From Candidatus Bathyarchaeota archaeon (lineage in GTDB: Archaea; Thermoproteota; Bathyarchaeia; TCS64): DNA of 44,494 nucleotides. Shown here one piece after another: positions 28,004-36,720 of the stretch (the stretch's first letter is position 1; each line of letters begins with the position of its first letter). The stretch spans positions 1 through 44,494 of the forward strand of contig JASFTK010000002.1 of assembly GCA_050053595.1 (NCBI GenBank), read 5' to 3'. The translations under genes were made by a program, and so were the position numbers. The notes below the pieces were generated by a model. It worked only from the letters and a program-made list of their open reading frames with translations. It searched no databases and had not been told where the DNA came from.

Positions 28004-29356
28004 ATGTGGACCGTCAATTCCGCGGCCGGCCGCCTCCGGGCTGTACTGGTGCAGGAGTCCATCGAGCAGTTCTGGGAGAGAAAACTCCCTTTCGTCGGGG
28101 TGGAATCTAACACTCTCTACCTTGCGAGATGCCCGCACGCTGACATCGCCGGGGGGCGTGAGCAGTGGAGGATGCTGCCCCGGTTCCTCGAGGAGGCGGG
28201 TGTCCGGGTCTTCGAGGTCTCCTCGATCCTGGAGAAGGCGCTTGAGGGGGCGACCCTTGGGGAGAGGAGGGAGATGGTTGACACCGTATGGCGGGGGATG
28301 CCCGTCGCCCCAGAGCCCGAGGGACTAACCGTGGGACACCTGTTAGGGGGATACCCCTCCAAGGCTTACTACGACGAGGGGGCTGACAGGGTGGTCCTCC
28401 CTGACTTCCAGAGGGTGGGTTGGCCTTACCCTCGGGACACCAGTTTCACCACCCCGGTGGGCACGGTGATCTGCAACATGAGGAGGTACAGCCGCCGGTT
28501 TGAACCCAGGGTCATCAAGCTCTGTTACGAATACGACCCGGTGCTCAGGGAGGAGATGGAGGTTATCTGGGATGCCAGCGAGAACGGGGACGGCTACACT
28601 GAACCCCCATGCATCGAGGGAGGGGACACCCACATCATCGACGAGGAGACGATAACCATCGGCCTAGGCCAGAGATCCACCTTCACCGGCTTCATGGAGA
28701 CCGCTAGGAGGCTGTTCAAGGCCGACACCGAAGGGGGGCTGAGACACATACTGGCGGTGAGGATGCCCGACTACCCCGCCTCAGACTATATGCACCTGGA
28801 TGTGGTCATCAACTACCCCGCCCCAGGGCGAGCTCTGGTGATGCCCTATTTCTTCGAGAGCGAGCTGGTCCAGGACATGCCCCCCAGAGGGCTCCTGCTC
28901 AAGACCCTGGAGGCGGCGAGGGCGCAGAGCGAGGCCGACGACAGGCCCATGGCCCCTGTGGTCCATCCCCACGACTTCAAGGACGCTGGGAGCTGCCGCG
29001 TCTACCGGAATGGGAGGGATGGCCCAGAGTTTCTGAGGGAAGAGGTCAGCCTAGTCGACTATCTGGTCAGGGAGGGGAAGCTGGAGGCAGACGGCTTAAT
29101 TTACGTCGGGGGACGCCCCGAGGGTGAGAATGATGTGGAACACCTGATGCTCGCATTGATGGAGCAGGCCCGGGGGGCTACAAACATCGTCGCCGTCAAA
29201 CCTGGGCTGGTCATCGCCTATGAGAGGAACCAAGCCACCAACGAGGCTCTGAGCGGAGCTGGGATCAGGGTAAAAGAATGGGAGGACAGCTATCTGGACC
29301 TGCTTGGAGGTCCCCACTGCTCCACGAGCCCCCTCTGGCGGGAGCCTGTCCCTTAG
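28004..29356 (+). CDS. arginine deiminase-like enzyme (guanidino-group-modifying enzyme superfamily)
   Basis: IEGGDTHIIDEETITIGLGQRST, MHLDVV, PGLVIAYERNQATNEAL and a C-terminal catalytic Cys in GGPHCSTSPLWRE. Confidence 0.65.
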   Translation: MWTVNSAAGRLRAVLVQESIEQFWERKLPFVGVESNTLYLARCPHADIAGGREQWRMLPRFLEEAGVRVFEVSSILEKALEGATLGERREMVDTVWRGMPVAPEPEGLTVGHLLGGYPSKAYYDEGADRVVLPDFQRVGWPYPRDTSFTTPVGTVICNMRRYSRRFEPRVIKLCYEYDPVLREEMEVIWDASENGDGYTEPPCIEGGDTHIIDEETITIGLGQRSTFTGFMETARRLFKADTEGGLRHILAVRMPDYPASDYMHLDVVINYPAPGRALVMPYFFESELVQDMPPRGLLLKTLEAARAQSEADDRPMAPVVHPHDFKDAGSCRVYRNGRDGPEFLREEVSLVDYLVREGKLEADGLIYVGGRPEGENDVEHLMLALMEQARGATNIVAVKPGLVIAYERNQATNEALSGAGIRVKEWEDSYLDLLGGPHCSTSPLWREPVP

Positions 29357-29362
29357 AGCGTT

Positions 29363-29734
29363 TCAGCCACGATAAGTCGCAGCCAGTTCATCGAGGGTGG
29401 CCTTGCACGCCTCCTTGGTCCCCTCCCCGAGGTTCTCCCAATGCTTCTCCAGCTTCTCACAGAGGTACTCGCCGCACTGTGCGCAGTTCTCGACCCCTTT
29501 CTCGAGGCCGCATACCCTCGTGGTGCAGTTGTTGGCCCAACTCATAATCCGTTCACTCTTGCAGCCGTCGCAGACCACATCCTCTGCCCCCAACTCCAAC
29601 TCCTCTGAGGACCAGTTCTCGGCGACCTCCGCGAGCTTCTCAGTGTCGTTCTCCTGGGTCGCCAGGTACGCCGGACACACACTGCAGTTGATGCCGCAGA
29701 AGGCCACGTTCCCACCTTCAACCATATTAGACAT
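29363..29734 (-). CDS. DUF3795-like cysteine-rich protein
   Basis: CGINCSVCPAY...CDGCK...C..RVCGLEKGVENCAQCGEYLC. I prefer ATG 29734 over the track start 29812, which would overlap purH. Confidence 0.6.
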   Translation of the reverse strand: MSNMVEGGNVAFCGINCSVCPAYLATQENDTEKLAEVAENWSSEELELGAEDVVCDGCKSERIMSWANNCTTRVCGLEKGVENCAQCGEYLCEKLEKHWENLGEGTKEACKATLDELAATYRG

Positions 29735-29793
29735 CTGAACGGGGTTGAGATCCGGATTTAACCGTTGTGTACGGTCTGAAGGGGGAGGGGTGG

Positions 29794-30873
29794 CTAGAAG
29801 TGCCTGAAGCACCGCTCATCGGTGAAGGCCATGGCGATCCCGTGCTCTTCGCAGGCCTGGATGACCTTCTTGTCCCTGATTGATCCCCCAGGCTGGACGC
29901 AGGCAGCGACCCCGTAATCGGCGAGGAGGTCTATGGAGTCCCTGAAGGGGAAGAACCCATCTGAAGCGAGGACCGAGCCCGGGATCTCGTCGCCGTGCCC
30001 CCTCGCCTCCGCCTTCTCTAGCGCCAGCCTCACAGCGGTCACCCTGTCCTGCTGCCCTGTGCCCACGCCCAGGGTTGCTCTGCCCTTGGATAGGACGACG
30101 CCGTTGCTGCGGACATTCATGCAGACGTACCATGAGAAGAGGAGGTCAGCGACCTGCTCTTCAGTGGTTTGTTCTTCGGTCACGAATCGGAGGTCACCTG
30201 GGCCCCTGATCTTGGTGAGCATCGGGGCGGAGAGGACCAGGGAACCGTCCATCTGCATCGAGACCATAACCGGTCTGAGTGGTTCCCCGACGAAGCGGCT
30301 GATCTTGTCAAGGTTACCCACCTTGACGACCCTGAGGCTCTTCTTGCGTCCGAAGATTTCTAGGGCGGAGTCGTCGAACCCCGGGGCTACGACCCCCTCG
30401 ACGTAGGTGGTGAGTATCTCCTCAGCGGTCTCCTCATCCACTCTGGAGTTGAATCCGACGACGCTCCCGAAGGCGGCTAGGCTGTCACAGTCCCGTGCTC
30501 GTGCGTATATCTCCCTGAGGGTGTCCCCTGGGGCGTTGGAGGCGGCGACGCCTGAAGGGTTGAGGTGCTTCATCACTGCGCAGGCGGGTTCCTCAAAGTA
30601 GCGGACGATGTTCATGCTGTTGTTTATGTCCCCGAGGTTGGTCTGGCTGAGGCCGCCCTTCCCCGTCTTGAGGACCTCCAAGGCCCCGGTGGTGAGGGGG
30701 CCCTCCTCGGGACTGTAGAAAGCTGCAGGCTGGTGCGGGTTCTCCCCGTACCTGAGGCTCATCGACTTAGCGTACACGATCTCCTCGTCTCCCACCACCA
30801 GCTTCAGGGTCTCGGGGAAACCCTCCTCGAGCTTGGTCCTGTATCTCTTCCTCATCGACTTCGGCTTGGACAT
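29794..30873 (-). CDS. purH: AICAR formyltransferase (PurH C-terminal domain as a separate ORF)
   Basis: SLRYGENPHQ, LSQTNLGDIN, KHLNPSG and GGSIRD motifs of the AICARFT domain. Confidence 0.85.
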   Translation of the reverse strand: MSKPKSMRKRYRTKLEEGFPETLKLVVGDEEIVYAKSMSLRYGENPHQPAAFYSPEEGPLTTGALEVLKTGKGGLSQTNLGDINNSMNIVRYFEEPACAVMKHLNPSGVAASNAPGDTLREIYARARDCDSLAAFGSVVGFNSRVDEETAEEILTTYVEGVVAPGFDDSALEIFGRKKSLRVVKVGNLDKISRFVGEPLRPVMVSMQMDGSLVLSAPMLTKIRGPGDLRFVTEEQTTEEQVADLLFSWYVCMNVRSNGVVLSKGRATLGVGTGQQDRVTAVRLALEKAEARGHGDEIPGSVLASDGFFPFRDSIDLLADYGVAACVQPGGSIRDKKVIQACEEHGIAMAFTDERCFRHF

Positions 30874-31569
30874 TCAATCACCCTCCAGATAGCTGACTAT
30901 AGCAGAGTCATACGCCCTGGTCCGCCTGAAACCCTCAAGGGCGTACCTCCTCCTCAGCTCAGGCGTGAGGTCCCCCCTGTTCTCCTTAAGGGTTCTGATG
31001 ACCTCAGGGTACTGGGCGGGGTCGGTGACGACCAGCACAGAGCCATGGAGGAGCGCCGCTTTCGCCGCGGACCTGATCATAGAGGGCCCGCCGATGTCGA
31101 TGTTCTCAGCCGCGGTCTCCATTCCGACGCCCTTGGCGGTCACCTCCTCGAAGGGATAGAGGTTGCAGACCACCATGTCGAAGGGGGCGATACCGTTATC
31201 CTCCATCCATTTCGCGTGGTCTGGGTCCTCCCGGTTGAGGAGGAGCCCCCCGTGAACCTTGGGGTGGAGGGTCTTTACCAGCCCCCCGGGGCTCTCAGGG
31301 TGGCCTGTATAGTCAGCGACATCCACGATCCCATCATACCCCAGCTCCCTGATCCTCCGCGCGGTCCCACCGGAGCTGACGATCTCCACCCCGAACTCAT
31401 CGAGACTGGATATGAGCCCCCTAAGGCCGCTCTTGTCATATACACTGATCAACGCTCTCTCGATCAAACCTCGATCCCCGATCTGTTCCTCAGCCTGTTG
31501 TCCACCTAAATGAGCCTTTCCGTAACAGATGTTTAGCGGAGAAACGTGATCCCCTTTTACCGATACCAC
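30874..31569 (-). CDS. purH: IMP cyclohydrolase (PurH N-terminal MGS-like domain as a separate ORF)
   Basis: ALISVYDKSGL...SSGGTARRIRELG...GLVKTLHPKVHGGLL...VVCNLYPF. The start is uncertain: GTG 31569, or an internal TTG near 31473. The stop TGA 30876-30874 is immediately followed in frame by the AICARFT ATG. Confidence 0.8.
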   Translation of the reverse strand: MVSVKGDHVSPLNICYGKAHLGGQQAEEQIGDRGLIERALISVYDKSGLRGLISSLDEFGVEIVSSGGTARRIRELGYDGIVDVADYTGHPESPGGLVKTLHPKVHGGLLLNREDPDHAKWMEDNGIAPFDMVVCNLYPFEEVTAKGVGMETAAENIDIGGPSMIRSAAKAALLHGSVLVVTDPAQYPEVIRTLKENRGDLTPELRRRYALEGFRRTRAYDSAIVSYLEGD

Positions 31570-31702
31570 CTCTCACCTGCGCTGTGGGGGCGGCTTTGAT
31601 TGAGAGGGGGTCAGGCGAGGAGTAATGGAGTAAGGGGCAGCCACCCCGTTCTCCTAGTTGAGAAAACCTGGGTCCTATAGGTGGAGGTCCAACTAGGCTA
31701 CG

Positions 31703-31710
31703 TTTTTTAT
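31703..31710 (+). promoter_or_regulatory. TATA-like box (TTTTTTAT) upstream of the PNPOx-family gene
   Basis: Its centre is about 25 nt upstream of ATG 31731, which predicts a leaderless mRNA. Confidence 0.4.
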
Positions 31711-31730
31711 GGGAGACTGCTTTCGGATAC

Positions 31731-32216
31731 ATGAGAGAGTTGACCACATTCCGCTTGCCCAAAATGGATGAAAAGGAGGTCGAGGCCCTCATCGAGAGGG
31801 AGAGGTTCTGCCGCATCGCCTTCAAAGGGGGGAGGTATCCCTACATGGCCCCCTTCCAGTACGTCCGCAAGGACGGGACCCTCTACTTCCACTTCACCGA
31901 CTATGGGAAGAAGATGCGATTGCTCAAGGGGGACAGCAGGGTCTGCGTCGGGATCGAGAGCTTCAAACCGGACATGAGCGAGTACAACTTCGTCGTCCTT
32001 CGTGGCACCCTCAAGGTCGTCGAAAACCCCGGGGAGCGAGCCAACGCCATCGAGAGGTTGGCCGAGGAGGGGGAGGAGAACCTCTCCGTGAACTTCTTGG
32101 CAGCCCACGGCTTCGAGAGGGAGATGGGCTGGTCCTCGTTCAGACCGGAGGAGCCCCTCACCATCGTCAAGCTGGACAGCATAGACGAGGTCGTAGGACT
32201 CAAATCCCCCGGCTGA
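31731..32216 (+). CDS. pyridoxamine 5'-phosphate oxidase family (FMN-binding split barrel) protein
   Basis: MDEKEVEALIERERFCRIAF...YMAPFQYV..DGTLYFHF is typical of the Pyridox_ox_2-like family. Length is 161 aa. Confidence 0.7.
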   Translation: MRELTTFRLPKMDEKEVEALIERERFCRIAFKGGRYPYMAPFQYVRKDGTLYFHFTDYGKKMRLLKGDSRVCVGIESFKPDMSEYNFVVLRGTLKVVENPGERANAIERLAEEGEENLSVNFLAAHGFEREMGWSSFRPEEPLTIVKLDSIDEVVGLKSPG

Positions 32217-32289
32217 TGAACCACTCGACTACATCCACAACCACTTATGGGATTAAAACGGACATCAATTCCACGAGGCTCGAAATTCA

Positions 32290-33336
32290 ATGGATCTACC
32301 CCTCAAGCTCCCCTATATGACCGCGGATCTTCCCGGGGTCGGAGGGCAGATCAGGTCGAGCCCTGAGCACTTCATCGTCGAGGAGATACCGGTCTTTGAG
32401 CCAGAAGGGGAGGGAAGCCACCTCTTCGTCAACGTCACCAAGGTGGGGTACACGACGAGGGGGATCTCTAGGAAACTGGCCTCCCTATTCGGGCTAGGGA
32501 TGAAGGACATAGGCTACGCGGGCCTCAAGGACAAGATCTCCCGCTCGACGCAGACCTTCAGCATCCCCTTGGACAATTTAGATGAGGGCATCGCGGGGAT
32601 AACAGACATGATTAGGGAGCACCTGCCCGTAACCGTGAACTGGGCGAAGCCGCACAGGAGGAAGCTAAGGGCTGGACAGCTCTTGGGCAACCGGTTCACG
32701 ATCACTATCACCGCGCTAGATATCCCCCTGGGGGAAGCGATACACAGCGCTATTGCGATCGCCGAGGAACTGAGCGGCACAGGATTACCCAACTACTACG
32801 GGCCTCAGAGGGTCGGCGAAGAGGGCGAGAACCTCCGCCGCGGCTACGAGATAATAAAGGGGAGGCAGAACCTCTCCAACAGATGGTTGAGGCGCTTCCT
32901 CGTCTCCAGCTACCTCAGCCATCTCTGCAACTGTTACCTGACCCATCGCGTCAAGTCCGGGGCGTTCGACAAGCTGCTGGCTGGAGACATAGCGAAGAAG
33001 CACGACACGGGAGGGATGTTCGTCGTGGAGGACCTTGAACGGGAGCAGACCCGCTACGAGGCGAAGGAGATCAGCTTCACCGCCCCCATCTACGGTCCGA
33101 GGATGTGGGAGGCCAAGGGACCCTCAGGCGAACTTGAGCGAGAGATATTCAATGGCGCCGGGATCAGCCTTGATGAGCTCAGGAGGCTCGGCGTCAGGGG
33201 CTCAAGGCGCCTCGGGAGGATCCTCCTGGATCTGGACGTATCTAGCGCTATCGGTGGGCTGAGGTTGAAGTTCAGACTCCCAAAGGGGGCTTACGCCACG
33301 ACCGTTCTCAGGGAGATTATGAAGCCGGACTCATAG
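32290..33336 (+). CDS. truD: tRNA pseudouridine(13) synthase TruD
   Basis: F.V.E...FEPEGEGSHLFV.V.K.G.TT and the catalytic-Asp motif GYAGLKDKISRSTQ. The C-terminal pattern is R.L....LPKGAYATT.LREI. Confidence 0.85.
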   Translation: MDLPLKLPYMTADLPGVGGQIRSSPEHFIVEEIPVFEPEGEGSHLFVNVTKVGYTTRGISRKLASLFGLGMKDIGYAGLKDKISRSTQTFSIPLDNLDEGIAGITDMIREHLPVTVNWAKPHRRKLRAGQLLGNRFTITITALDIPLGEAIHSAIAIAEELSGTGLPNYYGPQRVGEEGENLRRGYEIIKGRQNLSNRWLRRFLVSSYLSHLCNCYLTHRVKSGAFDKLLAGDIAKKHDTGGMFVVEDLEREQTRYEAKEISFTAPIYGPRMWEAKGPSGELEREIFNGAGISLDELRRLGVRGSRRLGRILLDLDVSSAIGGLRLKFRLPKGAYATTVLREIMKPDS

Positions 33337-33361
33337 GCATCACTGAGCTCGACATGGGGCT

Positions 33362-34354
33362 TCAAGCTCCCTGTCTAGGTAGGATGCCAGCTATCATCGC
33401 TAAGATCGGACCTATCAGGAACCCCGACCAGGTGAAGAAGCCGAACAACCCGAGCAGTATGAGGGTTATCCTGTCACTTGTGGAGGGCTCCACGTCAACC
33501 CTCAAGGACCTCAGCAGAAGGAAAAACCCGAGGAGAAGCGGGAGTATCGCGAACAAGAACGACAGGACAACGAGGGCGTTATAATCCGACCCGAGCAGGT
33601 TGATGATCACCTGTATCAGGAACATGAAACCGCTCCCGACGTAGAGGAGACCAGCTGAAGCGGAGGTGACGGAGGTGGGATTTCTGGGGATCGAGGGCCT
33701 CGACTGTATGAGGCCATAACCGATCACCAGGGTCAGCAGCATCGGGGCGAAAACCTGGAGGAGTGGCTGCCCCTCCCACAGGCGTATGTTCACCACATCC
33801 AGGGGTATCTTGATCCACTCGACAAGGGTGAACACCTCCCTAGTGCCGACGGCGACCCCGTACTTCCCATGCCCCGGCCCATAAACCGCGAAATAATAAG
33901 TACCATGGTCAGGGACTACCATATCGAAGTCCGCGACATAGTAGTAACTCGCCGGCGTGAAGGGCTCATACTCTGGTTTCTCAGACTTTTCGGGCTCGAT
34001 CAGGTCGAAGCCTACACCCTGGGGGACCTCGACGAACTCGGGCAGCTCGTCCACAGAGCTGATGCTGGGTCCCATAACGAGGAGACTGGGTATGAAGCCT
34101 TCCTCCTCTCCTCTAGGGACGTACAGTGAGATGCGGAGCCTCTCACCCGGCTCCAGATGCAACATGAAGTACTCGGCCTCGCCGACTCCGTGGAGTTCCC
34201 TGTACAGCGTCCAGGACTTCGTGGGTTTGGGTATCTCATATGCTGACTCTAGGCTGGTGTTCTCCCCGTCCGGTTTGAGCGGCGTGTGGGCCAACGCCAT
34301 CGGGGCATATCCGAGTAGCAGAATAAGCAGGATCCCCGTCTTTGTAACCTTCAT
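33362..34354 (-). CDS. exported protein with a C-terminal multi-TM anchor, family not recognised
   Basis: Signal peptide MKVTKTGILLILLLGYAPMALA with predicted cleavage before HTPL. A beta-rich domain of about 190 aa follows, then about 4 TM helices. Confidence 0.6.
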   Translation of the reverse strand: MKVTKTGILLILLLGYAPMALAHTPLKPDGENTSLESAYEIPKPTKSWTLYRELHGVGEAEYFMLHLEPGERLRISLYVPRGEEEGFIPSLLVMGPSISSVDELPEFVEVPQGVGFDLIEPEKSEKPEYEPFTPASYYYVADFDMVVPDHGTYYFAVYGPGHGKYGVAVGTREVFTLVEWIKIPLDVVNIRLWEGQPLLQVFAPMLLTLVIGYGLIQSRPSIPRNPTSVTSASAGLLYVGSGFMFLIQVIINLLGSDYNALVVLSFLFAILPLLLGFFLLLRSLRVDVEPSTSDRITLILLGLFGFFTWSGFLIGPILAMIAGILPRQGA

Positions 34355-34484
34355 TCTAAATTGAATATTAAAAACGGCGACATTTCAATCGTCCTAAAAA
34401 AACAGAATCGTCAGAGGGTTTACCAAGGTGTCAGACCATGTGTAACCCTGAATCCTTCTCCTTTATGGCTGTTTGAACCCTAAT

Positions 34485-36707
34485 TCAGTTTGATGAGCTG
34501 CCCCTGTAATCCATGTAGACCGGGCTGCTCCAGGCCATCGCCCCGTTGCTCTGTACAGCCTTCACCCAGTAGGCGTTGACCCCGGGCTCAGGGTTCGTAT
34601 CAACGACCTTGAACTCAAGGCTCCTCGGCAGTTCCCCCGCCTTGAGGGCTGAGACCCTCACTCTCTGGTTGACGCCCCCGGCCTCGACCACCAGGGGCTC
34701 ATAGCCGATCTCGGAGGGCTTGAAGGTGAAGGAGGCGGGGCCCGTGTGGAAGTGTACCTCGGCATCATCCGGGGCGTCCAGCCTTAGGATAACCCCGTCG
34801 GGGTCACCCCCGGTGGTGGAGGTCCACTGGAGCCTCTGGTTGGTGACCCTACTGACGCCCTGACGCTTGTCGTCGAAGGCAAACTCCCTGAAGGAGGTGA
34901 TGCGCCCCTTGTCGATGAATAGTCCCCCCTCCCAGTCCACCCGCTTAGGTCGGCTCCTGACCCTGGCTCCGGACCACTCCACCTTGATGAGCGGCTCCTC
35001 CCCCTCCCGGGGTCCGGCGAAGGGGTGCCTGTGGATCGTCTCGACACCCCTCTTCACCATGATCTCATGGAGCGGGGCTGTGCCGTGGATCCTGACATTG
35101 ATCTCTGGGGGACTGTCACTTTTGTACTCCTCCCCCATGGGGTGGCCGTCGACATCTACCTCCATTATGATCCTCTCCCCCGTGGTGGCGTAGCACCGTC
35201 TGCTCCACAACGCCTCCCAGAGAGCCTCGCGTGTGAGCTCCCTCGCGTAGACCCCGGTGTAGCCCCCTCGTGTGGTGAACCTGTCAGCGGTGAGGGTGAG
35301 GCCGGGGCGGCAGGTGTGGTCGTCACTGTTGGCCACGAAGCCCACCCTGAGCCCCCGACGCATCGCCTCCTCGAGGAACCACTCGAAGGTGCCGTGGTGG
35401 CTGTGGACCTCGATGAGGGGCACCCTCTCGGGGTCGTGGAAGTCAAGGTTGGCGTGGCGTCCTCCGACGTGGGCGACGCTGAGGACATCCCTCCGCCCCC
35501 TGAAGGTCTCCCAGAGCCGGGAGACGGGGTACCGGTCCGAGGGCTCCCCGCTCCTGTCCTGGATGAGCCAGTGGTTGCTCCGGTGGAGCTCCCCCTCATC
35601 CCCGAGGAAGTAGACGTTATGGTCACCCCCGGCCGGGGTAAGGCCCGACCACTCGTAGCCCAGGAAGGTGATGAAACTGCCGGGGTCGTGGTACTCCCTC
35701 ACCTTCTCCTTGATGGTGTCCCAGAGATCCCGGGTGACCTGGAAGTCGTTCCCCTGCCAAGCCGTGAAATCGACGCCCGCCACGTCCCTGGCGAAGGAGA
35801 GGTACTCGTCGGGTGTCCCGGTGCCCACCGTCTCCTTGGTCTGACCGTGGAAGTCCCCCCAGTACAGCCCCCATCCGGGGCGCTCCTCTCGGACGACGAT
35901 GGGGTTCGAGACGGCATCCCTACCCCCGTGGTCCCTCAGGGTCAACGTCTGGATCCCAGGGGTGTTGAGGGTGACCCCCTCCAGCCTACTGGCCCCCCGA
36001 TCCCCCTCATTGAAGGCGTACTCCCCCGGGAGCAACGCACCGGGGTCTGACGAGCCCAGGACGACACGCCCCCGGTAGCTGTCAGACCTGTTCCCCCAGC
36101 TGTCCAGGGCCCTGACGAAGACCGGGAACGGCTCACCGACCACGGCCTCTGAGGGCGCCGCGACCTGGATCTCCTCTGCGGGTCCCCCGATTATCCTGAT
36201 CTCAGGGGAGAACTCGATCTCCTCGAAACGCCCCGTCCCGAAGCAGTCCACCAGGACCTTGAAGATGTGCTCCGTCTCCCTGAAGGTCTGGAGCCTTAAC
36301 CCTGGACCCCCCTCGCTCCGGTCCCCCATCACCACGGTGATGGTATCCCCAGGGTAGAGGGAACCCCCGTGGACATCCACCTGCAGCGCCCCTCTCCAGG
36401 GACGGATGTGGCCCCGGCGGTCCCATCTATAGTTGAGCCAGACCTCACCTGTGGTGGCGACGGTGGTGTAACCAGAGACGTGGGGGTCGTCGAACTGGAG
36501 GTCCTCGGAGTCGCTGACGCTCCTGCGCGCGATGCGGATGGAGCCCCCGTCATCGATCCCGAACTTGCCCACTGTGTAGGTCAACTCCAGGGATACCAGA
36601 GACCCCGCCACGAACTCGCCTGAGGGCTCCAGCTCAGCCCTCCCCAACCATGATCTATCCATTGAACTCGGAATATAATCGAGCCCTGGATTATTGAAAT
36701 CTTCCAC
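34485..36707 (-). CDS. large cytoplasmic protein: N-terminal beta-sandwich-like region plus a PHP/DUF3604-like metal-dependent hydrolase core (function unknown)
   Basis: His/Asp-rich motifs are spaced as in the PHP superfamily: YWGDFHGQT, GYEWSG..GDHNVYF, AHVGGRH, EVHSHHG, NSDDH. There is no signal peptide. Confidence 0.5.
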   Translation of the reverse strand: MEDFNNPGLDYIPSSMDRSWLGRAELEPSGEFVAGSLVSLELTYTVGKFGIDDGGSIRIARRSVSDSEDLQFDDPHVSGYTTVATTGEVWLNYRWDRRGHIRPWRGALQVDVHGGSLYPGDTITVVMGDRSEGGPGLRLQTFRETEHIFKVLVDCFGTGRFEEIEFSPEIRIIGGPAEEIQVAAPSEAVVGEPFPVFVRALDSWGNRSDSYRGRVVLGSSDPGALLPGEYAFNEGDRGASRLEGVTLNTPGIQTLTLRDHGGRDAVSNPIVVREERPGWGLYWGDFHGQTKETVGTGTPDEYLSFARDVAGVDFTAWQGNDFQVTRDLWDTIKEKVREYHDPGSFITFLGYEWSGLTPAGGDHNVYFLGDEGELHRSNHWLIQDRSGEPSDRYPVSRLWETFRGRRDVLSVAHVGGRHANLDFHDPERVPLIEVHSHHGTFEWFLEEAMRRGLRVGFVANSDDHTCRPGLTLTADRFTTRGGYTGVYARELTREALWEALWSRRCYATTGERIIMEVDVDGHPMGEEYKSDSPPEINVRIHGTAPLHEIMVKRGVETIHRHPFAGPREGEEPLIKVEWSGARVRSRPKRVDWEGGLFIDKGRITSFREFAFDDKRQGVSRVTNQRLQWTSTTGGDPDGVILRLDAPDDAEVHFHTGPASFTFKPSEIGYEPLVVEAGGVNQRVRVSALKAGELPRSLEFKVVDTNPEPGVNAYWVKAVQSNGAMAWSSPVYMDYRGSSSN

Positions 36708-36720
36708 AATCAGGAGGGGG

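Noticed and set aside
30565-31509. 314-aa ORF on the + strand, antisense to the two purH ORFs
   Set aside because: A GC-rich shadow ORF with no recognisable motifs. The minus strand carries unmistakable PurH motifs.
31490-31825. 111-aa minus-strand ORF spanning the purH / PNPOx spacer
   Set aside because: It overlaps both the promoter region and the 5' end of the + strand flavoprotein gene, and has no motifs.
35025-36050. 341-aa ORF on the + strand, antisense to the 740-aa gene, together with many 60-150-aa ORFs in the same region
   Set aside because: A Pro/Gly/Val/Asp-rich shadow frame. The minus-strand ORF is longer and has ordered His/Asp motifs.
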